Below, in pieces: positions 39,324 to 48,443 of a DNA stretch of 64,000 nucleotides. Positions within the stretch are counted from its first letter, which is position 1; every line of letters begins with the position of its first letter. The stretch comes from Candidatus Bathyarchaeota archaeon (GTDB lineage: Archaea; Thermoproteota; Bathyarchaeia; Bathyarchaeales; Bathycorpusculaceae): contig CAWHXY010000005.1 of NCBI GenBank assembly GCA_963833575.1, positions 46,005 through 110,004 of the forward strand. Reading direction: 5' to 3'. The notes under the pieces are model-generated. The model was given only the letters and a program-made list of their open reading frames with translations. It searched no databases and was not told where the DNA came from. The translations under genes and the position numbers were made by a program.

Positions 39324-39440
39324 GCAATTTTTTCGAGATTGCTTGAGTTGATTTTTTAGTTTAGGGCTTGTTTTGTTTGCAGGTTACGTATCCAATTGTT
39401 CCAAATTGTCCCGAAAAGTTTTGGAAAGTCCCAGAAAGGT
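39324..39440 (-). repeat. decamer-array element E4 (about 5 x 10-bp GGAC/GAAC units plus conserved module)
   Basis: Minus strand ctgggactttccaaaacttttcgggacaatttggaacaattggatacgta, then acctgcaaacaaaacaagccctaaactaaaaaatcaactc. Confidence 0.85.
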
Positions 39441-39490
39441 GATTAGGCGAACGGCGTCCATAAATGGTTTAAAAGGGGCAGAAGAAAGAG

Positions 39491-39579
39491 TTAGGCGGAT
39501 TTAGCCACGCTCTAACATCGATAAGGCGCAAAAACCGTCGGGAACGCCTTATTCCGATTTAGCCGCCAGACCCGCCCAA
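39491..39579 (-). ncRNA. candidate structured RNA (long irregular hairpin)
   Basis: Minus-strand nested pairings UUGGGCGGGUCUGGC/GCUAAAUCCGCCUAA, CUAA/UUAG, AUCG/CGAU, AUAAGGCG/CGCCUUAU, with G-U pairs. Confidence 0.4.
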
Positions 39580-39916
39580 CATCGTTGGCTCCTAGTGCTT
39601 CTCCGTTCTTGTTACCATCATAATAATTCAAAAGAATATAACATATTGTTGTCACAAAATGAAACAACAAGTGCTAACTCGAAATCATTATTTTATTCTC
39701 AGAATGTAACTTAATGTTTTGTTTCTATACTTTATTTGTTAAATCTTTAATTCTTTGCTCTTAGAACCTGAGAAATATTGCCATTCTGTAGTTTTCGAAC
39801 AGAAAAACAAAAAATGCGGACAAAAGCAGTTTTTAACGGCTAAACAGACCACAATCTAAAAAAAGGAGTATGTGTGAGACTTCGCCAATAACGTTTGTCA
39901 TCAGGAGACATCATTC

Positions 39917-40600
39917 TTGACTGTTTATTTATCCAGCATAGTTGGAAGCGCAAGCATAGGCGTATACGCTTTGGCAACTGAAAATATAGTTATGATTCCA
40001 AGAATGGTTCCTAAAGAGAAAGCACAGGAATATGCTGATTGGTTAAAAGTCAAATTAATCTACACATCTATCGGCGGCTCAGTTCTCGACGGTGCCTTAA
40101 CTTGTGCAAACTCTAGCGGAATGTTGCTTCCAAACTATATCCGAGAAGAAGAATTAACCCAAATCAAATCGGCTTTTGAAGGCAATATCACAATTATGGA
40201 AACAAAAAAGACAGCTTACGGCAACCTAGTCTTAGTCAGCGATAAAGGAGCAGTAGTTGATCCTCGCTTCAAAGGAAATGAGATAAAACGTATCTCCGAC
40301 GCCTTAGGCGTAGAAGTGGTGCCAACAGAAATTGCAGGATTACCCTACGTCGGGTCCTTAGCAACTGCAACAAACAAAGGCGTTTTGGCTCATCCATTGC
40401 TGAAAGATGAAGAGCGAAAAATCTTGGAAAGCGTTTTCAAAGTTCCAGTTGATGTGGGCACAATTAATTGCGGGGTTCCTTATGTCGGTACTGGATTACT
40501 TGCTAATTCACATGCGGCTGTAGCTGGTTCTATGACAACTGGACCCGAGATGTTTATTATTGGGAATGCGCTGGATGTGGTGCAGGAAGATGAAAAATGA
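39917..40600 (+). CDS. eif6: translation initiation factor 6
   Basis: IGVYA, GN.V..D.GA, VGS....NKG.L.HP, GTIN.G...VG.G..ANS, TTGPE. Confidence 0.93.
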   Translation: MTVYLSSIVGSASIGVYALATENIVMIPRMVPKEKAQEYADWLKVKLIYTSIGGSVLDGALTCANSSGMLLPNYIREEELTQIKSAFEGNITIMETKKTAYGNLVLVSDKGAVVDPRFKGNEIKRISDALGVEVVPTEIAGLPYVGSLATATNKGVLAHPLLKDEERKILESVFKVPVDVGTINCGVPYVGTGLLANSHAAVAGSMTTGPEMFIIGNALDVVQEDEK

Positions 40601-40824
40601 AGGCTTTCAAAGTAACCGGCGAGATCAATAAACCAAGGCTGAATACTTCTTTTGTAAGAGAATTATTAGCTGACAAAAGTGAGCATGCAGTTGAAAAGGT
40701 TTATGCTGAAATAGGTAGCAGGCACCGTGTAAAAAGATGCCACATAAGAATATCGTCTGTTAAAGAGATCTCTGCTGAAGAAATCGAAAATCCAATCTTA
40801 AAGAAAATTGTAGCAGGAGATTAA
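40597..40824 (+). CDS. rpl18a: 50S ribosomal protein L18Ae/LX
   Basis: A.EKVY..IGSRHRVKR..I.I. Confidence 0.9.
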   Translation: MKAFKVTGEINKPRLNTSFVRELLADKSEHAVEKVYAEIGSRHRVKRCHIRISSVKEISAEEIENPILKKIVAGD

Positions 40825-40827
40825 AAT

Positions 40828-41268
40828 TTGGCCCAAAGAGCTCAATCCGAAGAAGAACTTCGCAGACTCAGCATGGAAATGCGGTATCTAGAGCAAACTG
40901 CCGATGCCTTGCAACAACGCATAAGCATGGTAAACGCTGCAATTACTGACATAAGCTATGCCAACATGACATTGGATGGAATTGAGAAAGAAAAGGAAAA
41001 CTCTGAACTCTTAGTTCCAATCGGCGGAAGCTCTTACCTCAAAGTTAAACTTGCTGACCCAAACAAAGTTATTATTGGAATGGGCGCTGGCGTATCAATC
41101 GAAAAAACTCTGGCAGAAGCAAAATTAGCTCTGAAAGAACGGTTAGATGAACTGGAAAAAACCATGAACTCCGCTCAGCAACAATTTACTCAAGTCGCTG
41201 AAAGAATAAACTCGGGCAGAAACCGACTTGAAACCATGCTTGCCAGTGCAAGAGAAGGGAAACCTTGA
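40828..41268 (+). CDS. pfdA: prefoldin subunit alpha
   Basis: Coiled coils flanking ELLVPIGG...V.IGMGAG..IEK. Confidence 0.92.
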   Translation: MAQRAQSEEELRRLSMEMRYLEQTADALQQRISMVNAAITDISYANMTLDGIEKEKENSELLVPIGGSSYLKVKLADPNKVIIGMGAGVSIEKTLAEAKLALKERLDELEKTMNSAQQQFTQVAERINSGRNRLETMLASAREGKP

Positions 41269-41272
41269 AGCG

Positions 41273-42178
41273 ATGTTTGAGAAGCTCAAGTCAGGTTTCA
41301 AAGGCTTAGTAAACAAGGTAACAACAACAGAACTTAAATCTGAAAATTTAAAGCCTATTTTATCAGAATTTAAAATGAGCTTATGTGAAAACGATGTTGC
41401 TTTTCCAGTAGCAGAAAAAATCAGTGATGACCTTGAAAAGCGACTTGTCGGCGTTCAAGTAAAACGCTTAGATGATAGAAAAAAAATCGTCGACGAAAAC
41501 CTTAGACAAGTTCTCTTGGATGTTATGCTTACCGGCATAAGAATTGATTTACTCAAAATGGCTGAGGAAAAACGCAAGAAGAAAGAACCCTTTGTTTTAA
41601 TGTTTGTCGGTATTAACGGCACAGGAAAAACCACCACAATCGCAAAGGTCGCGCACTTCTTGCGAGATAAAAGCTACAGTGTGATCCTTGCTGGCGCTGA
41701 CACTTATCGAGCTGGCTCAATCGAACAGTTAGAAGAACACGGAAAACGTCTAGGCATCCGCGTCATCAAAAGCAATTACGGTGGCGATCCTGCAGCAGTA
41801 GCCTATGACGCAGTAAGTCATGCTAAAGCTCATGGAATTAACATAGTTTTGATCGATACTGCAGGAAGAATGCAAACTAACCAGAACTTAATGAATGAAC
41901 TTGTTAAAGTGAAGCGTGTTGTGGGTCCAGACTTAACAGTATTTACTGTTGACTCTCTAATTGGCAATGATGCAGTTCAACAAGCGGAAGAATTCAATAA
42001 GGCAGTCGGAATAGATGCAACAATCTTAACCAAAGTGGACGCTGACGTAAAGGGTGGTTCCGCTTTAAGCGTGACATACGTTACGCAGAAACCGATTCTC
42101 TTCATAGGGGTAGGACAAACATACAAAGACTTGGAACTGTTTAACCCTGAAAAATTCGTCAACATGATACTACGCTAA
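41273..42178 (+). CDS. ftsY: signal recognition particle receptor FtsY
   Basis: GINGTGKTTT, DTYRAG, DTAGR, TKVD, G.GQ.Y.DL; start at ATG 41273 (MFEKLK). Confidence 0.95.
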   Translation: MFEKLKSGFKGLVNKVTTTELKSENLKPILSEFKMSLCENDVAFPVAEKISDDLEKRLVGVQVKRLDDRKKIVDENLRQVLLDVMLTGIRIDLLKMAEEKRKKKEPFVLMFVGINGTGKTTTIAKVAHFLRDKSYSVILAGADTYRAGSIEQLEEHGKRLGIRVIKSNYGGDPAAVAYDAVSHAKAHGINIVLIDTAGRMQTNQNLMNELVKVKRVVGPDLTVFTVDSLIGNDAVQQAEEFNKAVGIDATILTKVDADVKGGSALSVTYVTQKPILFIGVGQTYKDLELFNPEKFVNMILR

Positions 42179-42210
42179 CTGATTCCATCATTTCCACTTT
42201 AGAGGTTGAG

Positions 42211-42723
42211 ATGTTGATAATTAGACAGGAACAACCATCCGACTTTCGGAGCGTTTATGAGTTAGTTAAAATTGCTTTTCAAACCGCCAAAGTTTCTGAT
42301 GGAAACGAACAAAATTTTGTTAATAAACTCCGTGCCAGCCTAAACTACATTCCTGAACTTGAATTAGTAGCAGAAGAGGACTCAAAACTTGTAGGACATA
42401 TTATGTTGACTAAAACCTATGTTACGATGGGTAACTCAAAATTTGATGCCCTTTTGTTAGCACCTCTTTCCGTGGCGTTAGAGTATCGTAGACGTGGAAT
42501 TGGCTCAAAACTGGTTAGCGAAAGTTTTAGATTAGCCAAAAACTTGGGGCACGGCATTGTTTTTGTAGTCGGTAACCCTGCATTTTACAGTAGGTGCGGT
42601 TTTACATCATCTGCACTTTTTGGCATTAAGCATGTTCCAGCGATTCCTGACCAATTTGTTATGGTTCATGAATTATTCGCCGGTGCATTAAGTGGAATTA
42701 CTGGAATTGTAACTCTTACATAA
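42211..42723 (+). CDS. GNAT N-acetyltransferase (YhbS-like)
   Basis: IRQE...D, LAPLSV...RRRGIGS.L, VVGNPAFYSR.GF. Confidence 0.88.
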   Translation: MLIIRQEQPSDFRSVYELVKIAFQTAKVSDGNEQNFVNKLRASLNYIPELELVAEEDSKLVGHIMLTKTYVTMGNSKFDALLLAPLSVALEYRRRGIGSKLVSESFRLAKNLGHGIVFVVGNPAFYSRCGFTSSALFGIKHVPAIPDQFVMVHELFAGALSGITGIVTLT

Positions 42724-42744
42724 CAAACCAATCGCCAAGTTACG

Positions 42745-43104
42745 CTAAGGCTCTTCCATTTCTGTTAGTTCAAAACGGATTTTGCTTGGGTAAATCCAGT
42801 ATGCTTTGATGAAGTCCTCAATACTTTGATCAATATCTAAGACTTCAAAGAAATCAGTAAAATCTTTGTCGACAGACCCCACGTTTTTTGTTGTGTACAC
42901 TTTCAAGTTAGCCAAGTATTCTTTGTCAACATTTAGTTCCTGAATCGAAATCGTGTCAGGCACCTCTACGGCAAAAACTAAATTTGTTGAAACATCCAAA
43001 ACAGCAACCTTACGCACGTTGTTATTTTTAGTTTTAACAACAACTAATCGTTTGTCAAAAACCCTGAAATTCCAATCGCCTTCTAAATTTGATGAAGCCG
43101 ACAT
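42745..43104 (-). CDS. hypothetical protein
   Basis: 119-aa ORF with upstream GGTGAG. Confidence 0.65.
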   Translation of the reverse strand: MSASSNLEGDWNFRVFDKRLVVVKTKNNNVRKVAVLDVSTNLVFAVEVPDTISIQELNVDKEYLANLKVYTTKNVGSVDKDFTDFFEVLDIDQSIEDFIKAYWIYPSKIRFELTEMEEP

Positions 43105-43398
43105 AAAAATCTCACCATTGGACTAAACGCTTCTTAGCTTTAAAAACTTAAAGAATGGCTTTGAGCCGTTTCAATAGTCTCTATAGATTATTTGCGAAGC
43201 TCTTAAGAACAATTGAATAATCTATATATTTCGCCGAGAAACGCAAAGCCAATAGTGAAATAAAAGCTTCGGCGAACCCACGTTTAATAGGCTAATATCT
43301 CCAAGATTTGATTCCCCAGATCTCTGTCCATCGCTTGTTAAATGTAGGTTCGCTGGGCAATTCGAATTAAGTTCTAAAAAAGAAAATAAAAAATTGTA

Positions 43399-43608
43399 TT
43401 ATTTGCTTTTTTTCCATTTTGAGGCGTCACGCAGGTTTTGAACTGGTGAATCGTCCAAATTACCAACTGGCGTCTGGGTTTTTTGCTTATAATTTTGCTC
43501 TTCTACTTTTGCTTTGCATTCTTTGGAACTGAATTCTACGCTGCCTTCAAGTTTACGTATTGTTCTGCCAATTCTGCGTTGACCCTTTGTGACTGTACAT
43601 CTACCCAT
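43399..43608 (-). CDS. small basic hypothetical protein
   Basis: 69-aa ORF with ATG start, followed by a T-rich tract. Confidence 0.5.
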   Translation of the reverse strand: MGRCTVTKGQRRIGRTIRKLEGSVEFSSKECKAKVEEQNYKQKTQTPVGNLDDSPVQNLRDASKWKKSK

Positions 43609-43678
43609 TTTTACTCAATATTGATTAAGCGTTAAAGTTAAAAAACCCTTCCAACAATTGTTAAATAGTGATATTTTT

Positions 43679-44089
43679 ATGAAAACACAAGTCAAAGCCA
43701 TAAAACAAAAAGTAGTAATTCCAGCCTCTCCCCAAGAAGTCTATGAGGCCTACGTCGACCCGAAAACACACAGTGCATTCACAGGAAGCAAAGCAACGGG
43801 AAAAGCAGTGGTCGGTGGCAAATTTACAGCCTGGGATGGTTACATTTTCGGAAAATACCTTGAACTTGATGATGGAAAACGTGTGGTTCAAGAGTGGACT
43901 TCAACCGATTTTCCAAAGGGTTATGGTCCTTCAAAGTTAGAGTTGTGTTTCAACAAAGTTGCAGGTGGAACAGAAATTATCATGGTACACTCGAACGTTC
44001 CAGAAGAGCAAGCAGACGACACAGCTGACGGCTGGACAGAATGGTATTGGGATCCGCTTAAAAAATACTTTAGCGAACAAAAAGCTTGA
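43679..44089 (+). CDS. SRPBCC/AHSA1 domain protein
   Basis: P.EVY.A, GG.F...DG.I.G, GW...YW..LK.YF. Confidence 0.85.
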   Translation: MKTQVKAIKQKVVIPASPQEVYEAYVDPKTHSAFTGSKATGKAVVGGKFTAWDGYIFGKYLELDDGKRVVQEWTSTDFPKGYGPSKLELCFNKVAGGTEIIMVHSNVPEEQADDTADGWTEWYWDPLKKYFSEQKA

Positions 44090-44187
44090 ATCTCAAGAAC
44101 TTAAAATTAAGAATCCCCGCTTTTCCTATCATCTTTTTTTATTATCAAAATTAAGAACTGACTTATTATTAAGAAATTGTTACAATT

Positions 44188-45414
44188 TCACTCAAGCTCA
44201 TTTTTTGCAATACCTGAAACATAAAAGACAATGGCTGAAGCTGCAAGTAGCACGGTTAGCGAAACGAATAGTCCACTGTACTGGAAAACGGAGGCTAAAA
44301 TTACCCCGCTGATTATTGGCCCAACTGCCTGCCCAACATCCATCATGGTGCTCAAGAAACCCATGGATGTTCCTACGGGGATGTCTGAGGCTAATTCGCA
44401 CATTAGCGGCGCTGTTGATGAGACTGCCATGGCAAAACCTAAACCGAATCCAATGGAAATTAGAAGCAGGAACACAAAAGAAGTTGTGAACGGAATCAAG
44501 AACAGTAAAGTAGCACTTATCAGACAGCCCAGAATAATTGGAATGCGTCTACTGGTTTTGTCCGAGAAACGCCCCATTATGGGTCTCGAAACTATCAACG
44601 ATATGAGCTGAACGCCCATAACGGTGCCGAACTCTAACGGGTTGAATCCTGCCACTTGCTGCATGTATTGGACTAAATAGAATTCGACGACGCCGTAAAC
44701 ATAATATTGGATTGCTTGTACGAAGCTAATAATTAAGGCACCCTTGTTTCGCGCGACTTCCATCCAACCGTGAAGCATCTGAGAAGTTGTTAGTTTTGTT
44801 TTAGGCGCCTGAGAAACGGCGTTTTTTGTTTCCTTAAGCAAAAGCAAAGTAATTATTAGCGATGTAACCCCTGCAACACCTACAGCAAGGTATAACACTC
44901 CAAAATTATGCAGCGTTACCGAACCAGCATTTGTCACTGTCAATATTGCGCCGCCTAAAAACGGGGCTGCACCTCGACCAATGTAAGTTGCTGAGTTGAA
45001 GGATGAAATTCGCTCACCTCTCTTTGCAGGATACCGCTCTGCAATTGCGGCTTCAGCCACAGGAACAAAGATGGCAGTGGCGAAGCCATGGTAAAAACGC
45101 ACAATAGCCAGTTGCCACCAAACTGTCACGAACAAGTAGAGAAAGGGCGCAGAAGCGAAAATAAATGCTGAGAATAACAGCATTTTTTTTCTGCCATAGT
45201 TTTCGGAAAGAGAACCTGCTGGCAGGCTGACAATGATGCCTGGAATGGTTGAGGCAGCTGCAATTATGCCAGTTAGGTCCGGAGGCGTTCCGATACTCAA
45301 TGCAAAAGGGTTAAGAACTGGGTTCTTTGACATGGTGGAACTTAGGATGGCGAAGGCGCCAATCACGCAGAGAGCCCAGAAGTATCGGTCGCTGACTATT
45401 TTCCTAAGTTGCAT
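44188..45414 (-). CDS. MFS transporter
   Basis: 12 TMs; GSLSENYGRK and GRFSDKTSRR loop motifs. Confidence 0.9.
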   Translation of the reverse strand: MQLRKIVSDRYFWALCVIGAFAILSSTMSKNPVLNPFALSIGTPPDLTGIIAAASTIPGIIVSLPAGSLSENYGRKKMLLFSAFIFASAPFLYLFVTVWWQLAIVRFYHGFATAIFVPVAEAAIAERYPAKRGERISSFNSATYIGRGAAPFLGGAILTVTNAGSVTLHNFGVLYLAVGVAGVTSLIITLLLLKETKNAVSQAPKTKLTTSQMLHGWMEVARNKGALIISFVQAIQYYVYGVVEFYLVQYMQQVAGFNPLEFGTVMGVQLISLIVSRPIMGRFSDKTSRRIPIILGCLISATLLFLIPFTTSFVFLLLISIGFGLGFAMAVSSTAPLMCELASDIPVGTSMGFLSTMMDVGQAVGPIISGVILASVFQYSGLFVSLTVLLAASAIVFYVSGIAKNELE

Positions 45415-45497
45415 GATTATCTACTGTTAACTTTTTGAGCTGGTATTATTTTGGCTTTTGCTAGGATAAATATATGCAAGAATTTGAAGTACTACTT

Positions 45498-46148
45498 CTA
45501 ATGTGAATTGTAAGTAGCAGTTACGTCTTTGTAAGTGCCGTCTTCAAACGCGAAGATTTTTACTTGCGATCCAATAGCGCTACCCCAAGGCCAACTTTGG
45601 TATCTAAGTGGGTTATTCCATGCTTTGTCTGAAGGGTCAACATGAACCCATTTTCCGTTGTAGTAGTCTTCGGCCCAGACATGAATGAAATTCCAACTTG
45701 TAGTGTCAACTGCTACAACAAGTCTGCTTTGGTATCCAAGTGCTAAACAAGCAGAGACATAGACAATGCTCCATTGTACACAGATGCCTTTTCCGGTGTC
45801 GAGAATTTGAAATGGGTCTTCATAGAATCCTGTTGGATCTTGGACAAATGTCATTTTGCTTTGTTGCCAAGCAAAAAGGTCCGTTTGATTGTAACTTGGA
45901 TTTAGTTGTAATGCCATTTGAGATCGTGTCTTACTTGAGTTCAAGTTATTCATAATTGATAGATAGTGGCTAGTGAAGGCGTTGAAAGCTGGATCTGTCT
46001 CTGCAATATTTGGCTTGGTACTTATTGGATAGACAAGATATGCAATTGTAAGAATTGTTATAATAACAATTAAGGCAGAAAGGGTCACTATCCATTTTCG
46101 AGTATGGTTACGCCTTCTTGATTTTTGCCCTTTTCTAGCAAGATTCAT
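45498..46148 (-). CDS. membrane-anchored transglutaminase-like (PNGase-core-like) protein
   Basis: G.C..., HVWAE, W.H.DP catalytic triad; N-terminal TM. Confidence 0.8.
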   Translation of the reverse strand: MNLARKGQKSRRRNHTRKWIVTLSALIVIITILTIAYLVYPISTKPNIAETDPAFNAFTSHYLSIMNNLNSSKTRSQMALQLNPSYNQTDLFAWQQSKMTFVQDPTGFYEDPFQILDTGKGICVQWSIVYVSACLALGYQSRLVVAVDTTSWNFIHVWAEDYYNGKWVHVDPSDKAWNNPLRYQSWPWGSAIGSQVKIFAFEDGTYKDVTATYNSH

Positions 46149-46258
46149 ATTGTCTTAAAAAGACGTTTCTAAGTAAAAGCTTATCCTTATTTCATGAATC
46201 TCTGCAGTTCGCGTGTGATACACTTATGCTCTTTGCAGCTTGTAGTTAACTTTGGATT

Positions 46259-47065
46259 TTAGCTGGACTGAAGAGTTATCGAGTGTTGGGTCGAGATCGA
46301 AATTTGTGATCCTGAATTTGAAGTTACAGTTATAGTCAAAGTATTTGATCCAAAAGATCCGCTGAGATTTAGATTGAACGTTGGACTTGTACTATCGGAG
46401 CCACCCGTGCCCGAAGCTTCTGCATTAATTTGTGAACCAGAAGTTGTGCCTGCAAAATTAAAAATCACAGAATTTGATGTCTGAATATCTTGAACTAAGC
46501 TCTGAGGAACACTTGTAGGCGTTATAGTTAGATCTAGTTGTACATTATTTCCACTTTGTTGAACAACGCAACTAACATCTGCTGTGATGGTTCCTGAATC
46601 TTTACCGCCATTTTGGTTTGGAACATTGACTGAGAATTGGTTGCCGGTTGAACTGTATTGATTTGTAGGATTAGTTATTGGCGGATTGTTATTATTCATT
46701 CCTTGGCTTGGATTGCTGTTTTGGCTGTTTGTTTGGTTTCCGGTGTTTACTTGGTTATTATTGTTATCCGGGCTATTTGTGGGTCCTTGATTATAGGTAT
46801 TTTGATTGTTGTTATTTGGGTTATTTGGGATGCTTGTTGGTCCTTGATTGTTGTTGCTATTTTGGTTGTTGCTGTTTTGGTTTCCAGTGTTTGCTTGATT
46901 ATCAGTACTTTGTTGATGAAGTTGCCCAATGTATGGTGCTATTACAAGTAAACTAACAGCTCCTCCGATTATCATACCTACTAAAAGAGCCAATAGTACA
47001 AAACCGATAACGCCAGAGATAGCAACTGAGCGTCCTTTCTTTGCTATTTTTTCTTCACCCATCAA
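46259..47065 (-). CDS. membrane-anchored Asn/Gln-rich surface protein
   Basis: N-terminal TM, N/Q low-complexity linker with repeated NQGPT and NTGNQ, S/T-rich C-terminal domain. Confidence 0.7.
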   Translation of the reverse strand: MMGEEKIAKKGRSVAISGVIGFVLLALLVGMIIGGAVSLLVIAPYIGQLHQQSTDNQANTGNQNSNNQNSNNNQGPTSIPNNPNNNNQNTYNQGPTNSPDNNNNQVNTGNQTNSQNSNPSQGMNNNNPPITNPTNQYSSTGNQFSVNVPNQNGGKDSGTITADVSCVVQQSGNNVQLDLTITPTSVPQSLVQDIQTSNSVIFNFAGTTSGSQINAEASGTGGSDSTSPTFNLNLSGSFGSNTLTITVTSNSGSQISISTQHSITLQSS

Positions 47066-47343
47066 TTAGCCTTCTATTATAGTTTCCAAGAGCAATGTAG
47101 AAGTTAAGTAATTTATGAATTCTAAATTGACTTTATTGAATCAAGCTTCGGCTCGATGATTGAATAGAATGCTATTAACAATACTTTATGAACAATCAAA
47201 CAATAAAAAAATGAAATGTTTGCATTGTTTTTATGTGTTTTATTGGTTAGCGAAGTGGCTCCTCTGCGTTTCTTTAGTTATGTTTTGTCTTTTTGTAATC
47301 AAAATAGCGTCAAATTTTTTAGATGCGCTAACTAGATTGTTAA

Positions 47344-47631
47344 TTGGTGCTTTGTTTGCCAAATCAAAAATATTTAGCTATGATAAGAATTAGTCCAAAT
47401 ATGGCTGCGAAACTATATGGGCCTCTAATGGAGTTCACTGAGAACCCGATTGAAGGTGTCAAACTTGAGGAAGCGTATCAAGTGTTTGGTAAATGGGATT
47501 TTGCTGTACTTTTTGAGGCTGATAATAACGAGAATGCTTTGCATTTTGTCGGTGACAAAATCCGCTTGATAGAAGGAGTGATGGAGACCATCACCATTCC
47601 GTTAACGCCGATAAAAGATTATCGCAAATAA
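47344..47631 (+). CDS. Lrp/AsnC ligand-binding or GYD-like domain protein
   Basis: Y.VFG.WDF...E, IR.IEGV.ET.T. Confidence 0.7.
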   Translation: MVLCLPNQKYLAMIRISPNMAAKLYGPLMEFTENPIEGVKLEEAYQVFGKWDFAVLFEADNNENALHFVGDKIRLIEGVMETITIPLTPIKDYRK

Positions 47632-47804
47632 TGACTTTATTAAAAGTCTTTTTTTATTTGGCAAATTGTTGGAGCGCACTTAATGCTTCGAGCATCTTAA
47701 TGGTCGGATAATAAGGATAAAATTGTTTTGCCCTCCTACTATTTGGATCTCTGCAAAAATCTTATAAGATAATTAACTAAATAGCAGAAACTCACAGTGA
47801 AAGT

Positions 47805-48176
47805 ATGATCCCTTGTGCTAAATGCGGGAAAGCGATAAGTGTTTTTACTTCCTATTATATAGGTTCGCAATCCTTTTATGGCCAAATTTTTCCCGAGTAC
47901 AGTCGCAAATATTTGTGTGAAACGTGTTACAAACAGGTTGGATTGGACTCTAAATTAAGTAACAAAACCCAAATCCAGAATACAAAACACACTTTTGTAC
48001 TATGCAAATACTTGAAGAATGGAAGTTGTCAAGCCATATCTGATGTCGAAAAAGGGCGAGATACACTAGAACAATCCTGCCTAAATGCAAACAAAAAAGC
48101 GTGCTGTTATGAGTGCCCTCAACAACAAAACTGCCGAATTAGTTGCGTGTATTTAGGCAAACCAGACCTGTCTTAA
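47805..48176 (+). CDS. Cys-rich hypothetical protein
   Basis: CAKC...CETC zinc finger plus 8-Cys C-terminal domain. Confidence 0.65.
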   Translation: MIPCAKCGKAISVFTSYYIGSQSFYGQIFPEYSRKYLCETCYKQVGLDSKLSNKTQIQNTKHTFVLCKYLKNGSCQAISDVEKGRDTLEQSCLNANKKACCYECPQQQNCRISCVYLGKPDLS

Positions 48177-48385
48177 GTAATTATCTTAGGAAGGGTATGT
48201 AGGATTTGAACCGATTTTTTCTAAGATCATTTTTGAAATTGTTTTCTTTCCAAATTTGCTGAAGTTTGACTAAAATCAAAGGATTTTTAGCTTTTGACAA
48301 AATCACAAGTTGCAGTATTACTGATTTAGATGATAGTAACACTGCCTAGCAAGTTTTATATAGTAACTTAAACAGAAGTCGATGT

Positions 48386-48415
48386 TAAGCAAGGGCATTT
48401 TAGGACTCTTGCTTA
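48386..48415 (+). promoter_or_regulatory. inverted repeat between a TATA-like box and the 48444 start
   Basis: TAAGCAAGGG...CTCTTGCTTA, downstream of TTTATATA at about 48355. Confidence 0.35.
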
Positions 48416-48443
48416 GATAAAAACAAAGGAGAAAAACAAACAA

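Noticed and set aside
48201-48213. AGGATTTGAACCG as another tRNA T-arm relic
   Set aside because: Too short, stem does not extend, and there is no supporting context.
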